DNA of 16,575 nucleotides from Oculatellaceae cyanobacterium bins.114. Its GTDB lineage: Bacteria > Cyanobacteriota > Cyanobacteriia > Elainellales > Elainellaceae. The notes under the pieces were generated by a model, which searched no databases, was not told the origin of the DNA, and saw nothing but the letters and a program-made list of their open reading frames with translations. Below, piece after piece: positions 8,187-16,000 of this stretch. The stretch lies in NCBI GenBank assembly GCA_033764315.1, contig JANRJA010000185.1, positions 1 to 16,575 on the forward strand. The letters are read 5' to 3'. The first letter of the stretch is position 1; every line of letters starts with the position of its first letter. Both the position numbers and the translations under genes were made by a program.

Positions 8187-8275
8187 TGTGACTTGAAGCA
8201 TAACTATCAAAAGCTGCATTAACCTCTATCACTCATCTCTAGCTAGACAGTTAGACCCAACCGAACATCCTGATT

Positions 8276-9010
8276 ATGAGCACAAACATCATGACTATCG
8301 CGTTGCAACAGCCTCTAAGACTATTCAAACGTCCGCGATCGCTGCGACTCAACTTTTGGGTAATTGCTCTGTTAGGGGGTATTCCCTTGGGTGCTGGTAT
8401 TCGGCTACGGAGATTGCTTTATCGGCATCTGCTGAGTTACATGGGTCGTTCAGTAACGATTCAAACTGGGGTTGAGTTGATTCATGCTGATTGCATTGAA
8501 CTTGGTCATGATGTCAGCTTAGATCGAGGTGTTCGGATTCGCTGCACTACTTTGAGAAATCGGGTCGTTCTTCACGACAAGGTGGCATTGGGGCAAGGCG
8601 TTGAATTATATTGCTACGAGCGGGCTAGCTTTGAAATTGGTGAAGGCACCAGTTTGGGTTCCTATAGCCGCATGAGTGGTCTGGGGCGGATCAAAATTGG
8701 TCGAAACTGCTTGATTGCTCCCCATGTTGGCATTTTTTCTAGTAACCATAATTTCACGGCATTAGATCGCCCAATTAAATCTCAAGGGTGCAATTTTAAG
8801 GGCATTGAAATCGGAGATGATTGCTGGTTGGGCAGCGGAGTGAAAGTGTTAGATGGCGTTACCATTGGGCACGGTTGTGTTGTTGGAGCAGGGGCGGTTG
8901 TGACCAAGAGTTTACCTCCCTACACCATTGCAGTGGGTGTTCCGGCTAAGGTAGTTGGCGATCGCCGTGCTATGGCTCACTCTCAAGATGTAGCCATTTT
9001 ATGCATGTAA
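8276..9010 (+). CDS. Hexapeptide-repeat (left-handed beta-helix) acyltransferase, sugar O-acetyltransferase-like
   Basis: SSNHNF, IEIGDDCWLGSGVKVLDGVTIGHGCVVGAGAVVTK and VGVPAKV. Confidence 0.92.
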   Translation: MSTNIMTIALQQPLRLFKRPRSLRLNFWVIALLGGIPLGAGIRLRRLLYRHLLSYMGRSVTIQTGVELIHADCIELGHDVSLDRGVRIRCTTLRNRVVLHDKVALGQGVELYCYERASFEIGEGTSLGSYSRMSGLGRIKIGRNCLIAPHVGIFSSNHNFTALDRPIKSQGCNFKGIEIGDDCWLGSGVKVLDGVTIGHGCVVGAGAVVTKSLPPYTIAVGVPAKVVGDRRAMAHSQDVAILCM

Positions 9011-9018
9011 CAGTCATC

Positions 9019-9089
9019 GTAGGGTGGGCAGTGCCCACCCATATCTGTTGAACAAGCTTTTGAGAAATGGTGGGCGATACCCACCCTAC
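9019..9089. repeat. Inverted pair of GTAG-type REP-like palindromes
   Basis: GTAGGGTGGGCAGTGCCCACCC (9019-9040) and GGTGGGCGATACCCACCCTAC (9069-9089), starting 8 bp after the acyltransferase stop. Confidence 0.85.
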
Positions 9090-9146
9090 TGTTAACAAAA
9101 GCACCCTACAATGCCGTTTTAGGTTGCAACACATTGGTTTGCACGA

Positions 9147-9356
9147 CTGCACATTCAATTGGATCGAGTGCATCTTAAGTGTGCAGGGCTGCATATCGAA
9201 TATGCATGACTCAACATTAAATGTGTAGGGCTGCGTATTAGATGCGATCGCCTGCATATTGAGTCCGTAGGGCTGCACATTGAATTGGATCAGTCGCACA
9301 TTGAATGGGAGCACCTGCATATTCAATGCGATCGCCAACGTATTACATAGAGTGAG
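9147..9356. repeat. Degenerate tandem array of ten 21-bp units, approximate consensus CTGCAYATT-N-AATGYGNNS-NN
   Basis: Units start at 9147, 9168, 9189, 9210, 9231, 9252, 9273, 9294, 9315 and 9336 with no indels. T8 and T13 are invariant and G16 is present in 9 of 10 units. Confidence 0.9.
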
Positions 9357-9404
9357 CTGATCTTGAGAGTAAGATGGTATACCATGCGATCGCAGATTGA
9401 ACCC

Positions 9405-9480
9405 GTAGGGTGCCGTTAGCGTCAGCGTAACGCACCAAAACAATGACGAATGGCGTGTTACGGCGTTTCCTCACACACCT
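9405..9480. repeat. Second GTAG-type REP-like inverted pair (different family; right arm decayed)
   Basis: GTAGGGTGCCGTTAGCGTCAGCGTAACGCACCA (9405-9437) and TGGCGTGTTACGGCGTTTCCTCACACACCT (9451-9480). Confidence 0.75.
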
Positions 9481-9525
9481 GATGCGATCTTCAGGTTCAA
9501 CCCATCAAAAGCGAGTGTAATCTGA

Positions 9526-9930
9526 GTGAATAGTGTTTCCCCAAAGTGAGTCTTCATCAGCTATCGCAGCCAAGAACCCGATCAGGGTCTGGCACAGCAA
9601 TTTTATGATGCCCTCAAAACAGCGGGACACGAAGCCTTTATGGCAGGGGAAAGCATTCGCCTGGGCGAAAATTGGGCTGAGCGAGTGGATGCAGAACTGG
9701 AGCAATGTGACTTCTTTTTGCTGTTGCTGTCGGAGCAGTCAGCCGTAAGTGAGATGGTGACAGAGGAGGTGCGACGGGCAAAGCAGTTGCGCGATAGTCG
9801 GGGTGATCGCCGACCTGTAATGCTGCCGATTCGACTTAGTTTTCCCATGAATTCGCCGTTGAATTACGATCTGCGGGGCTATTTGCAGCGAATTCAGCAG
9901 CGGGAATGGCGATCGACCTTAGCGATATAA
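9526..9930 (+). pseudogene. TIR-domain protein gene remnant (early nonsense codon, 3' truncation)
   Basis: One frame reads MNSVSPK*VFISYRSQEPDQGLAQQFYDALKTAGHEAFMAGESIRLGENW...CDFFLLLLSEQSAVSEMVTEEVRRA...PIRL...IQQREWRSTLAI*. The TIR box-1 VFISY lies directly after an in-frame TGA (9547-9549). Confidence 0.85.
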
Positions 9931-9960
9931 TTTTATTCGACAAGATGTAATGTTGGTGGA

Positions 9961-9987
9961 TGGATTCCTGTGTTCACAGGAATGACA
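9961..9987. repeat. Short hairpin/REP-like element TGGATTCCTGTG-TT-CACAGGAATGACA
   Basis: Perfect 9-bp stem at 9964-9972 and 9975-9983. It resembles GGATTCCCGC...GCGGGAATGAC-type dispersed repeats. Confidence 0.65.
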
Positions 9988-10049
9988 AACCGATATCACA
10001 TTCAAGGCGATCGCACTAAGATAGACATAGCCAGTCTTCAAAACCGTCT

Positions 10050-10658
10050 ATGACAGTTGTCAACAGCCCCTCAACCATTCAAGTTGAAACAGGTCAAGGA
10101 GATATCCACACGATTCAGAGGGGAAGAACCTGGGAACAGTTCAAGCACCTGCAAAAAGGGTTCGAGAACACTCGTGGGGTTAAGCTGTTTTACTACAATG
10201 GTACGATTGAGATTTTTATGCCCGGTGAAACTCATGAGTTATTTAAAAGCATTATTGGCTTTCTCATTGAGACATTTCTATTTAATCGGGCGATCGAATT
10301 TAGACCCACTGGATCAATGACTCAAGAGAAAAAAGGCATCGCTTCGGCTGAGACGGATGAATCCTATGAAATAGAAGGTTTCAAACTATCAATTGAAGTT
10401 AATTTCACCAGTGGTGATGTCACCAAACTGGAACGATATCAAGCTCTGGATGTGCAAGAGGTTTGGATCTGGGAAGAGGGTGTGTTAGCGGTTTACCATC
10501 TGCGATCGGGCAAACATGAAAAAGTGAATCGTAGCCTGATTCCAGCACTTTCTGCAATCGACCTCAATGTGCTGTCAGAGTGTATTTTGATTGGAGAGAC
10601 TTCTAGAATCGAAGCGGCTAAGAAGCTGTTGAAGGCTCATCCAATTGCCCAGTCATAG
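10050..10658 (+). CDS. Uma2 (DUF820) family putative endonuclease
   Basis: TWEQF, GTIEIFMPGETHE, GSMT, ETDESY, IEVNFTSG, KLERYQALDVQEVWIW. Confidence 0.9.
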   Translation: MTVVNSPSTIQVETGQGDIHTIQRGRTWEQFKHLQKGFENTRGVKLFYYNGTIEIFMPGETHELFKSIIGFLIETFLFNRAIEFRPTGSMTQEKKGIASAETDESYEIEGFKLSIEVNFTSGDVTKLERYQALDVQEVWIWEEGVLAVYHLRSGKHEKVNRSLIPALSAIDLNVLSECILIGETSRIEAAKKLLKAHPIAQS

Positions 10659-10757
10659 AATTGTCTTAACACGTTCACATCTTGCAAGGTTTGATTAGTG
10701 TGAGCTTCCCTCCGAATGTTTAGGATTGTGGATTAAATAAGTGTAGTTGGTGTAGAT

Positions 10758-10891
10758 GTAGGTTGGTTAGAACGCAGTGAAACCCAACCCACATGGCATT
10801 ACAGGCTTAGTTAACACCCTACTTAACCTACATCTGATATTGGTGAAGAATAAGGGTTAGATATTGGGTTTCGTACATCAATCCAACCTAC
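10758..10891. repeat. Third GTAG-type REP-like inverted pair
   Basis: GTAGGTTGGTTAGAACGCAGTGAAACCCAAC (10758-10788) and TTGGGTTTCGTACATCAATCCAACCTAC (10864-10891). Confidence 0.8.
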
Positions 10892-11004
10892 GAGAGAGAC
10901 TTGTGTTAGCAGAGATATGGTCATGGGCAATCTGAAGATGACAACCTAATCAACAGGTGCACATCATGGTATAGCCGTAGCCACATTCAATGGGGCGGAG
11001 GCGA

Positions 11005-11064
11005 GTCAGAAAGCTTTCCCAGTATCAGGATTTGAGCCATTGCCTTTGCCTTAAGCTTTCTGAC
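11005..11064. repeat. 12-bp perfect inverted repeat GTCAGAAAGCTT...AAGCTTTCTGAC between convergent genes (repeat relic or terminator-like hairpin)
   Basis: Arms at 11005-11016 and 11053-11064 with a 36-bp spacer. Confidence 0.6.
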
Positions 11065-11216
11065 CAAAGCTATTTTTAGGAAAAAATAGGAAATAACAGA
11101 GCAATGTAAGAGCGTGAGCATTTCACACTCTCCTACTCTCTCACCATTCTTCCCTTCAGGGCACCATCTATTTGTTAATGCTTACAGATCTATAAGAATG
11201 CGTCATCTACGTCTCT

Positions 11217-12686
11217 TTAGACTTCTGCAAACGCTTGCATCTCAGTGTCGCTGATTCGCCCTGACTGATAGAGCGTTTCGATCACTTCTGAAATGGTGAG
11301 CACCGAATGGGCACAATATCCATGTGTTTTCAATCTGTCCTTTACGTTTTGTTCGTGATCTAAAAACACCACAATATCTTGTATATTTAGTCCCACCGAT
11401 TTAAGTTTAGCGGCTCCTTCCAGTGCACTATTACCACTGATCAAGATGTCATCTACAACCACAACCGTTTCTCCTGGCTCAAAGTTACCTTCCACCATGC
11501 GGCGTGTGCCATGAGCTTTGACTTCTTTGCGTGGAAAAATCATGGGACGATTGAGTTGTAGTGCCAATCCAGTAGCGGTAGGTAAAGACCCATACGGAAT
11601 TCCGGCAATGCGATCGAAACTGAGGTCTTTGAGAATCTCGGCATAGGCATTTAACACCTGTTGAAATAGCTGGGGATTAGAAATAATTTTGCGGAGATCG
11701 ATGTAGTAGGGAAAAACGGCTCCAGATGCTTGGACGAAAGTGCCAAACAGAATGCAGCCCACATCAAACAGTTGCAAAATCAAATCCTGATGAGGATGTC
11801 GCTTAAACGTGCAGACATTAGAGAACCAGACCTCGCAGCTAGCATTTTCTTGAAGGGCTTGAGTTCTGACTTGATTCACTTGCTCTCGGAGCGATCGCAC
11901 TCGTTCAGATAAATTCTCATGGCTCATCCAATCCTGAGGAATAGGCAGCAGTAATCCTTCTCCGTTGCGGTTCAACCCTACTTTTAAGATCTGGTTCAGA
12001 TCAACCCCTTCCTGCCAGATACTGCGCACTAAAATCAAACGCTCTGGCGCGATCGCCCTGACTCTTGCCAGCACCTCTGGTGTTGTAGTCCCGACCTCTA
12101 TACCTAATTGCTCGGTCGTCCCCCAGGTTTTAGACTCTTGAATCACTTGTAGATAAAAGGGAGCCTCAACGGTTGGATAAGTCTGCAATTGAACGGCAGA
12201 TGGATTGGAAGTGCACCCCAAAATAAACACCGCCTTGCCAGGATAGACCAAAAAGGGAGCAACCAAATCTTGCCCGGAGTAAGCATTGAGCGTAATAGCA
12301 TCAATGTGCCACTGAGTAAAAACCGTTTGGGCAATTGAACTGCTAGTATTCAAGTCGCTGTGCTTTGCGTCAAGAATCACCGGAATATGAGCGGGAATAG
12401 TGTTCAACACAGTTTGCAACAAGTCTAAGCCTGCACTACCCAAGGCTTGATAAAAGCCCAAGGTCGGCTTATAAGCACAGACTAAATCAGCTGTTTGAGC
12501 GACGACCCACTGTAACCAATCCCCTAATCTCCGAATTAGCGCATCCTGATCCAGGGGACTGCCTTCAACAGAATCACCCTGAACGCCATAGCACAAGGGC
12601 ATTAGCTCTGGATTTGGATCAAGTCCGACGACTAATAGACTGGAGTTGCGACTAATCGCGGCTTCTAATTTGTTCAAGAAATGCAT
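11217..12686 (-). CDS. pyrFE: Bifunctional orotidine-5'-phosphate decarboxylase / orotate phosphoribosyltransferase (PyrF-PyrE fusion)
   Basis: N-terminal VGLDP, YKP and ILDAKHSD (DxKxxD). C-terminal PYYIDLR, RKEVKAHGT and the PRPP-binding VVVVDDILISG. Confidence 0.93.
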   Translation of the reverse strand: MHFLNKLEAAISRNSSLLVVGLDPNPELMPLCYGVQGDSVEGSPLDQDALIRRLGDWLQWVVAQTADLVCAYKPTLGFYQALGSAGLDLLQTVLNTIPAHIPVILDAKHSDLNTSSSIAQTVFTQWHIDAITLNAYSGQDLVAPFLVYPGKAVFILGCTSNPSAVQLQTYPTVEAPFYLQVIQESKTWGTTEQLGIEVGTTTPEVLARVRAIAPERLILVRSIWQEGVDLNQILKVGLNRNGEGLLLPIPQDWMSHENLSERVRSLREQVNQVRTQALQENASCEVWFSNVCTFKRHPHQDLILQLFDVGCILFGTFVQASGAVFPYYIDLRKIISNPQLFQQVLNAYAEILKDLSFDRIAGIPYGSLPTATGLALQLNRPMIFPRKEVKAHGTRRMVEGNFEPGETVVVVDDILISGNSALEGAAKLKSVGLNIQDIVVFLDHEQNVKDRLKTHGYCAHSVLTISEVIETLYQSGRISDTEMQAFAEV

Positions 12687-12800
12687 TGCTTCGAGTTGTG
12701 AGCAACCTCTTCACGCTACACCCCAACAGAACTTTAAGGAATCCTACCCGTTAGAAATATAGGAATAATTAACATAAAGCGATGTGCAATTTAGGGATTT

Positions 12801-12867
12801 AGATCCCCGGTTTCTCGTTGGAGTTGACTGATAGGTGCCTGGTTACATCTCTAAAAACCGGGGATCT
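12801..12867. repeat. 67-bp palindromic element with perfect 13-bp arms AGATCCCCGGTTT...AAACCGGGGATCT
   Basis: Arms at 12801-12813 and 12855-12867. An outer ATGTGCAA/TTGCACAT inverted pair flanks it. Confidence 0.85.
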
Positions 12868-12892
12868 GGAATAGTTGCACATAGGGTTAACA

Positions 12893-13010
12893 TACTGCCA
12901 ATTTAACCCGTGAACCTGGCACTTGACCCCACCGCGACTCGGCTGAACGAAGTCGAAGCCCGGTGGCACAAGATTTTCTGGCATATCCGTTATATGTTGA
13001 ATTGGTATTA
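12893..13010. mobile_element. MITE-like relic with imperfect 15-bp terminal inverted repeats and an internal short dispersed repeat
   Basis: TACTGCCAATTTAAC (12893-12907) and GTTGAATTGGTATTA (12996-13010) match at 12/15 positions as an IR. The internal GGCTGAACGAAGTCGAAGCC (12941-12960) resembles a common cyanobacterial short repeat. Confidence 0.5.
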
Positions 13011-13073
13011 CGTATGCACTAGTCGCATGGAAGCCAAAACTCATCTTGCCATTATTCAAGTTCATTTATTGAT

Positions 13074-16000
13074 CTAAAACTGTTCAGGCACAATGGACTC
13101 ATCTGAGATCGGTAGTCGAATACAAAATGTAGTTCCTTGTCCTAATTCTGACTGCACCTCTAAACTGCCATAATGTTTCTCAGTCACAATTTGATGGGTG
13201 ATTGCTAATCCCAATCCTGTCCCTTTGCCCACATCTTTAGTCGTAAACAAATAGTCAAAAACCTTCGCTTTTACCTCTTCTGTCATACCCTTGCCATTGT
13301 CTTGAATCAAGATCTGGGCTTGATCTTCAACCACAGTTGTTTGAATTGTAATTCTCTGAGGATTGAGTGCGATCGCCTTATAGGATTGGTCTTGTGCCAT
13401 TTCATCAAACATATCGATAGCGTTCGCCAGAATGTTCATAAAGACCTGGTTTAACTGCCCAGGAAAACATTGAATCAAAGGCAACTTACCATAGTCTTTC
13501 AACACTTCAATTTCAGGTCGGTGTTGATTAGCTTTGAGTCGATATTTAAGAATCAGCAGTGCACTATCAATCCCTTCATGCAGGTCAGCATTGACTTTAT
13601 ATTCGGTATCGGCGCGAGAAAAGGCTCGCAGACTCGTGCTAATCGACTTGATCCGCTCGATCCCTACTTGCATAGAACCAATCAGCTTTGGTAAGTCTTC
13701 TCGGACAAAATCCAGGTCAATCGTGACGATTTCTTGCTCAATGTCTAAACCCGGATTAGGAAACTGCTGTTGATAGCGATTGATCAGCCCCAACAATCCC
13801 TGGATATAGGTTTTGGCTGGGTTGAGGTTTCCCGCTAAAAACCCCACTGGGTTATTAATTTCGTGAGCAACCCCCGCCACCAAATTTCCCAAAGCTGACA
13901 TTTTTTCACTTTGGACTAGTTGCAGTTGTGCCTGCTGAAGTTCTCGCAGGGAGTGTTCTACTTGTTGACTATAGTTTTGAGCTTGTTGATAGAGGTGAGC
14001 ATTTTCTAAGGAAATAGCCGCTTGGGTGCAGAGGAGATTTAACACTTGCAGGCGATCGGCTGTAAAGGCTCCTGTAGTCAGGCGGTTTTCTAGATACAGC
14101 ATGGCGACTAACTGGCTTTGCCGCAGAATAGGCAGACAGAGCAAGCTCTTAGGAGCCTGAATGGAGAGGTAGGGATCAGCCGCCAAGGCAGGATTGGCAG
14201 CAACGTCATTGACAATCGTAGGGGACTGGGTGCGCTGTGCCGCCCGAATCAGACTCAGAGGCAACGTTGTCAGCGTCTCTAGGGGCACAGGGGTAAGGTC
14301 AAAGGGATCTTGGCTGCCTCCTTGCACCACAACATCTAATCGATCCGCTTGGGGCAACAAAATGGCTCCGCGATCGGCACCCGCATTTTCTAGCATGACT
14401 TGCAACAGCGTCGTCAGCAAGTTAGGTTGTTCAATTTCGCCAGAAAGGATTTGCGAAGCTTTCATCACCGACATCAAATCCAAGGGAGAATTTTTACGCC
14501 CTGTAGGAGGCAGCGTATGGGTCACACCCAGGTCAGAGAGATCGGTAAGCTGATTGAGAATCGGAGCCAGGAGATGTGGATAGCGACGTTCTAGATCCTC
14601 CACCTTGGCTTTTGCACCCCACCGACCATAGCAATAGTAGGCATCGATCAAATAGGCTTGGGCGATGATAGTTTTGTTCCAAGCTAGATAAAATTGGGCG
14701 GCGAGTTCGTTGGCGAGTCCTTCTTCCTGGTAGTAGCCCTCTGCTCTAGCCTTTGCGATCGCGCGATCGTAGCCATCAATCGCCAAAGATTTTTGTCCTG
14801 AGATTCTGGCAATTTCCGCCTCCACCAAATCAAATTTGTGCTGGTAGTTGTTAGGGGCAAAAGTCTTCCAGTGGGCAAGTCGTGCCTGATTGGACTGCAC
14901 CCGTTCCATCACTTGTTGTTGGGCTGATGTCGATAAATTGTCATAGCGAGCCAATCGTGCCAGCGAGTCATAGACATAAAACACAGGCACAACCGCCTGA
15001 GCAGGCACACTGGTTAAATAGCGTTCTGCTTCGTTTGCTTCCTCCCAGGCTTGCTCAATATGACCAAACCAGTAGCACAATAACAGCCGATGGAAATGTA
15101 AGAAGTACAGTGCCTCCGTGTTGTTAGTTACCTGATAATGGTGTTGAGAGACGGTTTCATCGTAAAGCGTGCCTACAATTTGGCAAGGAGTTCTAGAGTG
15201 TCCCAAAAGATTTAAAACAACCTGATGCAACATTTCGCTGCGATCGCGCTGAAAGTCTTGCTTAATTTGGGTCAACGCTTGTTCATAATGGGTGAGTTTA
15301 CGGTCTAAGCTGGCGAGTTCCTGTCCACTCAAGTAAGACCCTTGACAGTCGTGGTAGTAGCTCCAAGCGGTGTATTGCAGATCGCCCGTCTCCATACCGC
15401 TTTGAAAGGCTGCCTGTAACGTAGAAATCGTTTCTCGCAAGGGATTGCGCCAGTGCAGCACGAAGGCTGCCACCATGCACATCACCCTAGTTTGAATAGC
15501 GGCTTCACTAAACCGGGGCAACAAATTCAGGGCTAATTGACCAAATTCATAGCCTGCGGCCAGATCATTGGCTACACCACACAACAACATGCCATATCCC
15601 GCATAGGCAATCACCGATAGAGGTGCGCTGCCGTAGGTCATTGAGAGTTTCGCCCCCGTTGCTGAAATCAGAGGAATTAACTTAGGAGCAACGGCATAGC
15701 ACGGGGTAAAAATGGCATTGAGAATTTGTAAAGCTGCCAGAGCATTGCGATCGCTCATTCGAGGCAAGTCCACCAGGCTAGCGATGCCTTGAGGGGGATG
15801 GAGGGCAGCAACCGTGCTCAAAGTCTGCTGAATATCCTCATCTGTAGGAGATTCAGGCAACACTGTACCCAACTGGCGCAAAATACAAAGAGCGAGTTCG
15901 ACCGCTTCTAGGGGCTTATTTGTAGCGGTGTAGGCAAGGATCTGGACGTTATAAACCTCAATCTTGTCAAACAAGCTATGGGCATGCTGCAATACCGTCT

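Noticed and set aside
9147..9356. CRISPR array interpretation of the 21-bp repeats
   Set aside because: The units are contiguous and degenerate with no unique spacers between identical repeats, and no cas genes are in the window.
9547..9549. Programmed read-through or selenocysteine at the TIR TGA
   Set aside because: The position is not a Cys-equivalent and no SECIS-like stem is evident. A CGA>TGA nonsense change plus a 3' truncation is the simpler explanation.
9147..9930. Diversity-generating retroelement (template/variable repeat)
   Set aside because: There is no reverse transcriptase in the window and no long repeat pair differing only at adenines.
12799..13065. 88-aa minus-strand ORF
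   Set aside because: It consists largely of palindromic and MITE-like repeat sequence and shows no protein motif.
186..15480. Other short ORFs overlapping assigned genes (186-368, 1533-1796, 2171-2353, 2301-2486, 2746-2931, 5144-5383, 9505-9848, 10057-10320, 11730-12334, 13470-15480)
   Set aside because: These are antisense or alternate-frame shadows of well-supported CDSs with no independent motifs.
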